From positions 892 through 64,891 of the forward strand of contig LCBT01000003.1 of assembly GCA_000997385.1 (NCBI GenBank): 64,000 bases of DNA. Reading direction: 5' to 3'. Under the pieces are notes generated by a model. That model saw only the letters and a list, made by a program, of their open reading frames with translations. It ran no database searches and was not told where the DNA came from. Positions 1 to 8,858 of the stretch are shown piece after piece. Both the position numbers and the translations under genes were made by a program. The DNA is from Candidatus Daviesbacteria bacterium GW2011_GWA1_41_61 (GTDB lineage: Bacteria; Patescibacteriota; Microgenomatia; Daviesbacterales; UBA10151). How positions within the stretch are numbered: position 1 is the first letter of the stretch; every line of letters starts with the position of its first letter.

Positions 1-437
1 TGGATACTAATATATTGGTGTATGCCCACAATCAGGATTCACCTTTCCATTCCCAAGCCTCGTATTTTATTCGTTCAATTTTAGCAGGGGAAATTAAAGG
101 GGTATTAACAGAGCAAAACTTATTGGAATTTTATGCAATTGTTACTGATCCCCGTAGGGTCACGAACCCCTTGTCTGCAACTGAAGCTATAAATTTAATA
201 GATGATTACCTTAGCTCATCTTTTGAAATAATTTTACCAACTAAAGGCTCAATGGAAATTATCTTATCACTTTGCAAGCAGAAAAAAATTTGTGGCAGTC
301 AAATCTTTGATGCCTTTTTAGTGGCCACTATGTTATCCAATCAAGTTAAAACTATTATCACTCTAAATTCTAAAGATTTTATACACTTTACCCAAATACA
401 GATACTTGACCTGAGAAGGTTTGACAACCACAACTGA
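1..437 (+). CDS. PIN-domain (VapC-like) ribonuclease toxin, 5'-truncated by window edge
   Basis: ORF runs off the 5' end of the window; translation from nt 1 gives LDTNILVYAH (the canonical PIN N-terminus D-x-N). The C-terminal ...TLNSKDF motif is typical of VapC PIN domains. No antitoxin is visible because the upstream region is outside the window. Confidence 0.6.
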   Translation, partial: DTNILVYAHNQDSPFHSQASYFIRSILAGEIKGVLTEQNLLEFYAIVTDPRRVTNPLSATEAINLIDDYLSSSFEIILPTKGSMEIILSLCKQKKICGSQIFDAFLVATMLSNQVKTIITLNSKDFIHFTQIQILDLRRFDNHN

Positions 438-457
438 TAATCCTTACACTAATATTA

Positions 458-685
458 ATGCCCAAGACATCTAAAACAAAGGGTTTTACCTTGATAGAAC
501 TTTTGGTGGTAGTGGCCATTATAGCTATCTTGGCAGTGGTCTCCCTAGCTTTGTTTGGTAATGTTCAAAAAGCAGCTCGGGATGGAGTCAGAAGGTCTAA
601 TATTGATACTCTGGCTAAAAATTTAGAGACCAGGTTTGATTATGGTTCTTCTTTATACCAGCAGCTGGATCCCAATGAGATTTAG
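458..685 (+). CDS. type IV pilin-like N-terminal module (prepilin leader plus GFTLIELLVVVAIIAIL helix); probably the 5' part of a frameshifted pilin–LamG gene
   Basis: MPKTSKTKG|FTLIELLVVVAIIAILAV is a class III signal with the conserved G-1/F+1/E+5 and a hydrophobic alpha1-N helix. The ORF ends at TAG 683-685, only 75 aa long, too short for a complete pilin globular domain. Confidence 0.6.
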   Translation: MPKTSKTKGFTLIELLVVVAIIAILAVVSLALFGNVQKAARDGVRRSNIDTLAKNLETRFDYGSSLYQQLDPNEI

Positions 686-1425
686 CCTCAATTGGAGTCT
701 ATAATGGTACCTTTCATCCTGTCTCTTGTGACCCTAATGGTACCTTAGATGATGGTTTAGTTGGATATTGGAAGATGGATGAAAGTAGCTGGAATGGAAC
801 ATCAGGAGAAGTAAAAGATTTTTCAGGATATGGAATTGGTGGTACAGCGGTAAGCGGAGCAAATACTATCCTTCGTACACCTGCTCAAACAAATAATACT
901 CGTACTGGAACCTTTAGCGACAACACCTATGTGACTTTGGGCAACTATCAGTTTGATACTCTCACTAATGCCACTATGAGTCTGTGGTTTTACTATACTG
1001 GATCATTTGATACCAACAGATTACTTTTTAACAGGCATATTAATGGGGCGGCCGACTCACGGCAGCCAATTTTTGTTAGCTACCCTGGAGGCTACAGTAA
1101 CAAGTTGGTTTTTGAAAATATAGTTAATGGCAGTAATCGCAGTGTTGTTAGTGATAACGCCATTTCTCCTAATACGTGGTATCATGCAGTTTTTGTATGT
1201 GGATCAGTGGGTATGAGAATGTACCTTAATGGAGTTCAGCAGGTAAGCACAAACTCTACAACTGATTGTTTAGTCACGATAAGTCCCACTAGTGCTACAA
1301 CCCTTGGAGGAGGAGGTGGAACAAGCTTTGCTGGTCAAATTGATGATTTGAGAGTCTATAACCGGGCTTTGTCTCCTCAAGAAATTTCCAGCCTCTGGAG
1401 TAGTGGTTTAGGCTGTCTGCCTTAA
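679..1425 (+). CDS. LamG/concanavalin-A-like lectin domain (3' part of split pilin–LamG gene)
   Basis: The frame-1 reading frame opens at 679, just after TGA 676-678, and overlaps the stop of the pilin fragment. It encodes ...GLVGYWKMDESSWNGTSG... and a C-terminal ...GQIDDLRVYNRALSPQEISSLW, both hallmark LamG (Laminin_G_3) motifs. The first ATG is at 775, as in the ORF track. Confidence 0.55.
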   Translation, partial: DLASIGVYNGTFHPVSCDPNGTLDDGLVGYWKMDESSWNGTSGEVKDFSGYGIGGTAVSGANTILRTPAQTNNTRTGTFSDNTYVTLGNYQFDTLTNATMSLWFYYTGSFDTNRLLFNRHINGAADSRQPIFVSYPGGYSNKLVFENIVNGSNRSVVSDNAISPNTWYHAVFVCGSVGMRMYLNGVQQVSTNSTTDCLVTISPTSATTLGGGGGTSFAGQIDDLRVYNRALSPQEISSLWSSGLGCLP

Positions 1426-1428
1426 ATC

Positions 1429-2613
1429 TTGTACCGCTTGTGTTATTATGAATTTATGCCTTTAGCTCATCTTTATCATAAAGTAGTAAAAAAATTGGTC
1501 CAACCTCCTGCCCCTTCTGTCTTCCACCCTTTGCCCGGGATGGAGGATGTTTTAAAAAGTATTACCAATGGGCTGCTGGTTTGTGATTTGGAAAAAAGGG
1601 TTTTACTGACCAACCCTGCTTTGGAGGAGATGGCTGATCTCCCTCATAATAAGATGACTACTTCAGGTTTTTTAAAACTGTTTGAGTGTACTTTAGTTAA
1701 TCTGGACAAACGTCTGGATGAAGTGTTATCCAGTGGGGTGGCTGCCTATATAGAAGATCTCTGCCTTGGTAAATTTATCTATGAGATGTTTATTAATCCC
1801 GTTAGAAGCTTTGGAGGGGAAATTGCCGGAGCAGCTTTAGTCCTTCATGATGTAACCAATATTAAGGAGATTGACCGGGTGAAAACGGAATTTTTGTCAA
1901 TTGCTGCCCATCAACTGCGTACTCCTTTAGGGAGCATGAGATGGAATGTGGAACTGCTTTTGACCGGTGATATCGGGGAAGTGTCTAAAGATGTCAGGGA
2001 TGTCCTGATGCAGGTTTATCAAGGGACCCAGCGGATGATTGTTCTGGTGGGAGAGCTGTTGTTAGTCTCCAGAATTGAACAAAGCCGGGTTTTTGACCAG
2101 CCAAGTGAAGTGAACGTCTTAGTTGTTATTAAAGATGTTATGAAAGAGCTGGAATTTAGCAGTCAGGAAAAAGCTGTCAGCGTTGAGTTGAAAACTGATA
2201 ATAAATCTCTTCCCACTTTGTATATTGATTCCCAAAGATTCCGTGATGTCATCCAAAACCTCTTGTCAAATGCGGTAAAATATAACCAACCCGGAAAGAA
2301 GGTAAGGGTGACTGTCAGGCATCAAGATAAACAGGTCCTTTTGGAGGTGGAAGATCAGGGAATTGGTATTCCTAAAAAGGATCAAGGGAAGATCTTTTCT
2401 AAGTTCTTTAGGGCTGATAACGCTGCTAAAAGCCAAACTGAGGGCAATGGTTTGGGGTTGTTTATTGCCAAATCTTATGTTGAGTCTTGGGGAGGCAAAG
2501 TCTGGTTTGACAGTAGGGAAGGTCAAGGGACTGTCTTTTATTTAAGATTGCCGGAGAAACCGATCAATCATATCTTGGACAAAAATTTAGTAAAGGAGAA
2601 AACAGATGGCTGA
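1429..2613 (+). CDS. sensor histidine kinase (PAS + HisKA + HATPase_c), cytoplasmic
   Basis: H-box AAHQLRTPLGSMRWNVELL, N-box LLSNAVKYN, G-boxes EDQGIGIP and GNGLGLFIAKSYVESWGGKVW. A PAS-like segment (ITNGLLVCDLEKRVLLTNPALEEM) precedes them. No transmembrane segment is evident. Confidence 0.8.
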   Translation: MYRLCYYEFMPLAHLYHKVVKKLVQPPAPSVFHPLPGMEDVLKSITNGLLVCDLEKRVLLTNPALEEMADLPHNKMTTSGFLKLFECTLVNLDKRLDEVLSSGVAAYIEDLCLGKFIYEMFINPVRSFGGEIAGAALVLHDVTNIKEIDRVKTEFLSIAAHQLRTPLGSMRWNVELLLTGDIGEVSKDVRDVLMQVYQGTQRMIVLVGELLLVSRIEQSRVFDQPSEVNVLVVIKDVMKELEFSSQEKAVSVELKTDNKSLPTLYIDSQRFRDVIQNLLSNAVKYNQPGKKVRVTVRHQDKQVLLEVEDQGIGIPKKDQGKIFSKFFRADNAAKSQTEGNGLGLFIAKSYVESWGGKVWFDSREGQGTVFYLRLPEKPINHILDKNLVKEKTDG

Positions 2614-2980
2614 TAAAAAATATATCTTAGTTGGCGAGGATGATAAGTTCTATGCTAATATCTATAAAATCAAGCTGGCTAAAGAGGGCTTTGATGTAGA
2701 AGTGGTGGGAGATGGGGAGCAAGTTTTAACCTCTGCCAGGCAGAAAAAACCAGATTTAATCCTGTTGGATTTGATTATGCCTGTCAAAGATGGCTTTGAA
2801 ACTTTAAAAGAGCTCAAAGCTGATCCTAAATTAAAAGATATTAAAGTAGTGGTCAGCTCTAATTTAGGGCAGGAGGAAGATATTAAAAAAACTGTTCAGC
2901 TGGGAGCTGTAGATTATTTAACCAAAGCCAACCTCTCTATCCAGGAGGTGGTAGATAAGATCAGGGGGTATCTAAAATAG
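2606..2980 (+). CDS. single-domain response regulator (CheY-like receiver only)
   Basis: ILVGEDD...DLILLDLIMPVKDGFE...KVVVSSN...GAVDYLTK carries the receiver acidic pocket, phospho-acceptor Asp, conserved S/T and K. No output domain. Overlaps the HK by 8 nt and pilB by 1 nt (taGTG). Confidence 0.8.
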   Translation: MADKKYILVGEDDKFYANIYKIKLAKEGFDVEVVGDGEQVLTSARQKKPDLILLDLIMPVKDGFETLKELKADPKLKDIKVVVSSNLGQEEDIKKTVQLGAVDYLTKANLSIQEVVDKIRGYLK

Positions 2981-4656
2981 TGGCTATTTCTGATCAACAG
3001 TTAGAGCAGATTTTAAAAGAGAGCCAGTTGTTAGGGGAAGACCAGCTAAAAAAGTCTTTGGAATTAAGCCGCAGCCGAAACATTCCCTTGTGGGAGGCTG
3101 TTGTTTCCCTGGATCTGATCTCTGATGCCCAGATGGGGAAGTTAGCGGCAGATTTTTTAAAAGTTCCCTATATCTATCTATCCCAAGTTTCTATCCCTGT
3201 CCACCTTTTGCAGATCATCCCTGAAGTAGTGGCTAAAAAGGAGCAAATTATTGCTTTTGAAAAAAATTCCCAGGGACTCAAAGTAGCTATGGCTGATCCT
3301 TTAAACCTGGAGATCCAGCAATTTATTGCCAAAAAAGCGGGAGAGAAAGTTATTCCTTACTATGCTACCGCCAAAGATTTAAACGAGGCAATGCGTCTTT
3401 ACAGTAAGGAACTGCAAAAGACCTTTGATGAGATGCTCCAGCAACAAGTGGAGGCAGTGGAGAAAGGTCAGGCTCAGGATGTGCCTATCGCCAAAATTGT
3501 TGATCTGTTGGTGGAGTATGCTTATCAGAATAAGGCTTCCGATATCCATATTGAGCCGGCAGAGCAGCAATCTTTAGTCCGTTTTAGGATTGATGGGGTG
3601 CTTCATGATGTTTTAAAGATGCCGATTGCTCTTCACAGCCAGGTAGTTACCAGAGTTAAGGTGCTTTCTAAACTTCGAACTGATGAACATATGAGCGCTC
3701 AGGATGGCAAGTTGCAGATGAGCTTGCCTGAGGAAGAGCTGGATATTAGGGTTTCTATCGTCCCGATTGTTGATGGGGAAAAAATCGTTATGAGATTGCT
3801 TTCTTCCCGGTCCCGACAGTTTTCTTTAGGAGACCTGGGGATGAATGATAAGGATCTGGCCAAAGTTAAAGCAGGTTTTAAAAGACCCTACGGTATGGTG
3901 TTGTCAACTGGTCCAACTGGTTCGGGGAAAACCACCACCATCTATGCAATTTTAAAGATTTTAAACACCCGGGACAAAAATATTGCCACTATTGAAGATC
4001 CGGTGGAATATGATATGGAAGGAGTCAACCAAATTCAGGTCAACCCTAAAACTAACTTAACCTTTGCTGACGGGTTACGGGCTATCTTGCGTCAAGACCC
4101 GGACATTATTTTTGTCGGAGAGGTCCGTGATAAGGAAACCGCGGGCATTGCCACAAACTCGGCGATGACCGGACATTTGGTGCTGTCAACTTTACATACC
4201 AATAACGCTGCCACTACCTTACCCCGTTTGATAGATATGGGGATTGAGCCATTTTTGGTGGCCTCCACCGTTAACGTTATTGTCGGGCAAAGGTTGGTGC
4301 GTCAAATTTGTCAAAAGTGCCGGCTTTCCCAGATGATGTCTCTAACCGAGCTGAGTAAACAGATTCCCAAAGAGCTGATTAAAAAACACCTGGGTGATAA
4401 AAGTCAGTTACGGATTTATCAGGGAAAAGGCTGCCCTGTTTGTCATAACAGCGGTTACAGCGGCCGGATAGGAGTCTTTGAGGTGCTAGAGGTCACAGAA
4501 GCCATCAAAGAGCTGATTGCGGCCAAAGCTGATGCTGATGTTTTGAGTAAAAAAGCCATTCAAGAGGGTATGTCGACCATGTTAGAAGATGGCCTGCAAA
4601 AAGTAGCGCATGGTATTACTACCATAGAAGAAGTCCTCCGGGTTACTAAGGAGTAA
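2980..4656 (+). CDS. pilB: type IV pilus assembly ATPase PilB (GspE family)
   Basis: GTG start. N-terminal T2SSE_N-like domain, Walker A GPTGSGKTTT, Asp box and Walker B, and a tetracysteine motif CQKC...CPVCHNSGYSGR typical of PilB/GspE. Confidence 0.9.
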   Translation: MAISDQQLEQILKESQLLGEDQLKKSLELSRSRNIPLWEAVVSLDLISDAQMGKLAADFLKVPYIYLSQVSIPVHLLQIIPEVVAKKEQIIAFEKNSQGLKVAMADPLNLEIQQFIAKKAGEKVIPYYATAKDLNEAMRLYSKELQKTFDEMLQQQVEAVEKGQAQDVPIAKIVDLLVEYAYQNKASDIHIEPAEQQSLVRFRIDGVLHDVLKMPIALHSQVVTRVKVLSKLRTDEHMSAQDGKLQMSLPEEELDIRVSIVPIVDGEKIVMRLLSSRSRQFSLGDLGMNDKDLAKVKAGFKRPYGMVLSTGPTGSGKTTTIYAILKILNTRDKNIATIEDPVEYDMEGVNQIQVNPKTNLTFADGLRAILRQDPDIIFVGEVRDKETAGIATNSAMTGHLVLSTLHTNNAATTLPRLIDMGIEPFLVASTVNVIVGQRLVRQICQKCRLSQMMSLTELSKQIPKELIKKHLGDKSQLRIYQGKGCPVCHNSGYSGRIGVFEVLEVTEAIKELIAAKADADVLSKKAIQEGMSTMLEDGLQKVAHGITTIEEVLRVTKE

Positions 4657-4694
4657 CTTGCTAAACTGCCATTTCTTGGGTAATCTGAAAGTAG

Positions 4695-5771
4695 ATGAAA
4701 TTTTCTGCCTCAAGACAATTTTTTAGTCACCCCACTTTTTTAGATAAATTAATGTTTACCAGACATTTAGGGGTGATGTTAAGAAGTGGTATCCCCTTAG
4801 CTGAGGCTATCTCTACTTTAGAGGAACAAACTAAGGGTAAGTCTTTTCAAGAAGTTCTACACCAGATTTTACAGCAGATCAACAACGGACAGACTTTAGC
4901 TAAAGCTTTATCGCTTTACCCTCATGTTTTTGACTCTTTGTATATTAATTTAATTGAGATCGGTGAAAAATCCGGAAAACTTGAGGAGAATTTAGATTAT
5001 TTAGCCTTGCATCTGAGCAAAAATTATGAATTTAGGAAAAAAATACAGGGGGCGATGTTATATCCGGCGATAGTTCTGCTTTCGACCCTGATTATCGGTC
5101 TGGGCTTGTCCTTTTTTGTCTTACCCAAACTGGTGGACCTGTTTGCCTCTTTGGATGTGACCTTGCCTTTATCTACCAGAATCCTCCTTTTTGCTGCCGG
5201 TACCATGAAAAACTATGGAGTTTTTATTGGCTTGGCTCTTACAGCTTTATTCCTTTTAACGTCCTTTTTGCTTCAACTGCCCAAAATCAAACCACTCTGG
5301 CATGTCTTTCTGCTAAAGATTCCGCTATTTGGGGGTCTTTTACAAAATGTGGAGCTTTCCACCATCTGCCGTAATTTGGGGATAATGTTAAAAAGCGGTT
5401 TGCCGATTACTACGACTCTGGAAGCCGAGAGCAAAGCTTTGACCAATTTAGTTTATCGAGAGTATTTACAAAATCTTTTAAAATCTGTGGATAAGGGCAA
5501 AACCATGGAAGAGACTCTTTCTGCCCAAAAGTTTAGCTTGATTCCCCATTATATGATTAAGATGATTGGGGTAGGAGAAAAAACCGGCAAACTGGAAGAT
5601 ACTTTTATCTATTTAGGGGATTTTTTTGAGGAAGAGGTCGATAACACCACCAAAAATTTAGCCAATATTTTAGAGCCGGTTCTTTTGATAATCATCGGTT
5701 TAGTAGTAGCCTTTGTGGCCCTGGCCATTATCTCCCCCATTTATGAACTGACAGGATCAATAAGGAGGTAG
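4695..5771 (+). CDS. pilC: type IV pilus platform protein PilC (GspF family)
   Basis: Two repeated GspF-like halves with 3 TM helices and typical length (358 aa). Placed immediately downstream of pilB. Confidence 0.85.
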   Translation: MKFSASRQFFSHPTFLDKLMFTRHLGVMLRSGIPLAEAISTLEEQTKGKSFQEVLHQILQQINNGQTLAKALSLYPHVFDSLYINLIEIGEKSGKLEENLDYLALHLSKNYEFRKKIQGAMLYPAIVLLSTLIIGLGLSFFVLPKLVDLFASLDVTLPLSTRILLFAAGTMKNYGVFIGLALTALFLLTSFLLQLPKIKPLWHVFLLKIPLFGGLLQNVELSTICRNLGIMLKSGLPITTTLEAESKALTNLVYREYLQNLLKSVDKGKTMEETLSAQKFSLIPHYMIKMIGVGEKTGKLEDTFIYLGDFFEEEVDNTTKNLANILEPVLLIIIGLVVAFVALAIISPIYELTGSIRR

Positions 5772-5804
5772 AGAAGTTATGGGATTGTGGGTTACCTAAT
5801 TATT

Positions 5805-6236
5805 ATGGGCAAATCAGGATTTACTCTTATTGAATTACTGTTGGTGGTAGCTATCATGCTCACTATTTCTGTTTTAGCTGGAGCTTTTTATTCCCGGTTT
5901 TTGCTGCAAAACTCCGTTGCTAATACCGTAGATCAGCTGGTAGGAAGTTTAAGAAAAGCTCAAATTTATAGTATGACGGGAAGGCAGGGCAGCAGCTGGG
6001 GGGTAGATTACAGTGGCAACACCATCACTTTATATAAAGGGACTGCTTTAGGACAGAATCCGGCCTTTAATGAAAGATTTAGCGTTAACTCTAATGTGAC
6101 AGTTTTCGGGTTGTCAAATGTTTACTTTTATAAGATGACAGGCACTCCTTCAGCTACTTTAACTATCACTGTGAGCTCTAATAACAACACTAAAACAATA
6201 ACTGTTAATTCCCAAGGAATGGTGGAGAAACAATGA
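5805..6236 (+). CDS. type IV pilin / pseudopilin-like protein
   Basis: MGKSG|FTLIELLLVVAIMLTI is a prepilin leader plus N-methylation motif with E+5. The ORF track starts at GTG 5787; ATG 5805 gives the classic 5-aa leader. Confidence 0.7.
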   Translation: MGKSGFTLIELLLVVAIMLTISVLAGAFYSRFLLQNSVANTVDQLVGSLRKAQIYSMTGRQGSSWGVDYSGNTITLYKGTALGQNPAFNERFSVNSNVTVFGLSNVYFYKMTGTPSATLTITVSSNNNTKTITVNSQGMVEKQ

Positions 6237-8083
6237 GAGAAAAAGGTTTTTCTATCCTGGAGGTAATTTTAGCGGCAGCTTTTTTTATTATCTTTGCCAC
6301 TGCCTCAGTGGTGGCTGTGCTGCAGTCAATGAATGCTAACAGGTTGGGGGTAGAAATGAGTATAACTAACCAGTTTGCCTCAGAAGGGATTGAAGCTGTT
6401 AAATCAATTAAAAACCAAAGTTTTAGTAATTTAGCGGCTACCACCTCAGCTGGGCTCAGAAGACATCCTACTAACAATATCTGGGAATTTTATGGTACCA
6501 GCAACACTTTAGCTCAGAATGCAGCTGATGACTACATTAGAACTATCAAAATAGAAGGTGTTAACCGGGATGGCGGTAATATTGTTTCCTCTGGGGGAAC
6601 TTTAGATCCGGATACTAAAAAGATTACCTCCACAGTCTCTTGGAATTTTAATTCTGCCAGACCGGAAACAATCAGCCTTATAACCTATTTGTCTGATTGG
6701 GAAGAGCCAATAAGCGTCAATGGTGATGGAGTATTAGTTTATGGCAGAACAGGAAATACTATACCCAGGGCAAATTTCTATACTAATTCTGATAATACAT
6801 TTGCTGCCAACAGTGATACTATTGCAGGCGCAGCCGGAAGAAATTTTGTTATCAAGACTTCGCCGACAAAACAAGAAGCAATTGTAGGTTATGTTGATTC
6901 AAATACTTTAAGAGTAATGTGTTATGACGGGATAAACTGGACTAGTGAATGGAGTACCACTGTTGGGGGAACAGGTACCACTAGAAGATTTGATATCGCT
7001 TACGAATATCAGACAGGAGATGTAATGGTGCTTTACTCATCTGATGCTGGTACGAATGAACTTGATTACCAAACCAAGGACGGAGGTCTTGGTTGTGGTA
7101 GCTCCAACTGGGTAGATCAAGCAGCTTTTGACTCACCTGGTACGAGCGGAGTGGTAACATGGGTCAAGTTATCAGCAGATAGCAGGTCAGGTTCAAATAT
7201 TTTAGCTGCTGCCTGGGCAGACATGGGCAGGGATTTACAAGCAGCAATTTGGGATGGAACAAGTTGGACACAAAGGACAACAGCATTGGAAACCACACTT
7301 GAGTGTCGAGGGAATTGTAACTCATCTCCAACAATACCTAATGGAGACTCCTTTGATATTGATTTTGAGTCGTCTTCAGGAAATCTAATGGTAGTTTGGG
7401 GTTCAGGAGGGTCTGGAAGCGGAAATGGTGCATTTTATAACAAATGTGATGGAGGTGCGCCTCCATCATGTATATGGAACGTAAGTAGAACTGCTATTAA
7501 TGGTATGGTAAACGATGCTACTTCACTGGATATATCATCAAATCCAAACACGGACGACATTCTTTTTGCCTCAATTGGTGATGGAGGATCAGATTTACAA
7601 GCAGCTCGCTGGTCTGGTAGTGCTCCATGGAATGGATCAAATGATCTTGATACCACTGCCTTAACTCCTGTTGCAGGATCAAGTTTAGTTGCAACCGGAT
7701 GGTTGATTAATGGGTCAACTACTCGCGGAATTGTGGTATTTGCTAATAGTAGTACTCAATCACAAAGAATTCATGGATTTGTGTGGAATGGTAGCTCCTT
7801 TGTCAGGCAGGGGACAGATACTACTCCATGGTTTACTCCTACCCCCTTGTTGGGAACACCGAGATGGTATGACATACAGATGGATCCTAAGAATAAAGAT
7901 AAATTAATGTTTTTGGTGTCAAATTCCGTAAATGATTTATTTGCCAAGAGATTAGAAATGGATAGTACAGGTACCTTCTTTACTTGGACTGATCCGACTT
8001 ACGCCGATGGGACAGCATTGGAAACCAATCTAGTCCAGGCTACTACTAGTCCATTTTATTTCGGCTATTGGAGAAATCCATGA
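6233..8083 (+). CDS. large pilin-like protein (616 aa): prepilin N-terminus fused to repetitive beta-rich, possibly propeller-like domain
   Basis: MREKG|FSILEVILAAAFFIIF class III signal with E+5. Downstream are about 6 repeats of a roughly 60-aa unit ending ...DLQAA(I/R)W(D/S)G(T/S)xW (e.g. ILAAAWADMGRDLQAAIWDGTSWT, ILFASIGDGGSDLQAARWSGSAPW, IVVFANSS...FVWNGSSF). Confidence 0.6.
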   Translation: MREKGFSILEVILAAAFFIIFATASVVAVLQSMNANRLGVEMSITNQFASEGIEAVKSIKNQSFSNLAATTSAGLRRHPTNNIWEFYGTSNTLAQNAADDYIRTIKIEGVNRDGGNIVSSGGTLDPDTKKITSTVSWNFNSARPETISLITYLSDWEEPISVNGDGVLVYGRTGNTIPRANFYTNSDNTFAANSDTIAGAAGRNFVIKTSPTKQEAIVGYVDSNTLRVMCYDGINWTSEWSTTVGGTGTTRRFDIAYEYQTGDVMVLYSSDAGTNELDYQTKDGGLGCGSSNWVDQAAFDSPGTSGVVTWVKLSADSRSGSNILAAAWADMGRDLQAAIWDGTSWTQRTTALETTLECRGNCNSSPTIPNGDSFDIDFESSSGNLMVVWGSGGSGSGNGAFYNKCDGGAPPSCIWNVSRTAINGMVNDATSLDISSNPNTDDILFASIGDGGSDLQAARWSGSAPWNGSNDLDTTALTPVAGSSLVATGWLINGSTTRGIVVFANSSTQSQRIHGFVWNGSSFVRQGTDTTPWFTPTPLLGTPRWYDIQMDPKNKDKLMFLVSNSVNDLFAKRLEMDSTGTFFTWTDPTYADGTALETNLVQATTSPFYFGYWRNP

Positions 8084-8159
8084 GGATACTAAAATCGCAG
8101 TTACACTACTTCTTGTGTGAATTATTTTATAATATACTGTTTATGTAAATATCGTTACT

Positions 8160-8342
8160 ATGAAGAGAAGAAAGATTAAGACAAGTTATCCTAAGTCGAG
8201 AAATGCATTTATATTAGTAGCTCTCGTCATTACCGCTACTATCATTACAGCATTATTTTCAACATTCTTTATTCACGTATATGCAAAAGAAAAAATAACC
8301 ATCAGCGAGTTCCAAATTTCTACTAATGTTGCAATTCCATAG
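8160..8342 (+). CDS. small hypothetical membrane protein (60 aa) in AT-rich spacer of pilin cluster
   Basis: A single predicted TM helix (AFILVALVITATIITALF) after a basic N-terminus. No pilin motif. Could be spurious. Confidence 0.2.
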   Translation: MKRRKIKTSYPKSRNAFILVALVITATIITALFSTFFIHVYAKEKITISEFQISTNVAIP

Positions 8343-8357
8343 CTAGATCTACAAAAT

Positions 8358-8858
8358 ATGAGAACTGCACAAGGTTTTACACTAATTGAGCTGATTTTAT
8401 ATGTAGCTATTATGGCTATAGTATCAACGGCCCTTATTCCTTTTGCCTGGAATATTATTGGCACAGGAGTTAAATCTGCAGCAGAGCAGGAAGTTTTTTC
8501 TCAAGCCAGAGTTGTCTCGGAAAGGATCAAATATGAGATTAGGAATGCCACCGGAATAAATAACGTTACTTCAAGTAGTATCTCTTTAGCTAAATCAGAA
8601 GCTTCTTTAAACCCAACGGTAATTGATTTTTTGGCTGGCAAAATCAGGATCAGCCAGGGAGGGGGAGGGGCGGTTAACTTAAACTCCAGTGACACAAATA
8701 TGACCAGTTTAACCTTTACTAACTATACCTCAGCTGATAATAAGACTAAACATATTCAGTTTATTTTTACTATGGAAGATAACTATACTGGTTTGAGGCA
8801 GGAATATAATGTCCCGCCTATCACTGTGGAAGGCAGTGTAGAAATTAGGAGCAACTAG
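8358..8858 (+). CDS. type IV pilin / pseudopilin-like protein
   Basis: MRTAQG|FTLIELILYVAIMAIV prepilin motif with E+5. 166 aa. Confidence 0.7.
   Translation: MRTAQGFTLIELILYVAIMAIVSTALIPFAWNIIGTGVKSAAEQEVFSQARVVSERIKYEIRNATGINNVTSSSISLAKSEASLNPTVIDFLAGKIRISQGGGGAVNLNSSDTNMTSLTFTNYTSADNKTKHIQFIFTMEDNYTGLRQEYNVPPITVEGSVEIRSN

Noticed and set aside
2266-2526. Antisense ORFs inside strong genes (for example 2266-2526-, 3379-3570-, 12895-13155-, 27507-27917-, 43750-44103-, 49304-49753-, 60815-61144-, 63307-63579-)
   Set aside because: Each lies wholly within a well-supported opposite-strand CDS with clear family motifs, has low-complexity or Ser/Pro-rich composition, and has no recognisable domain. 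Treated as frame-shadow ORFs.
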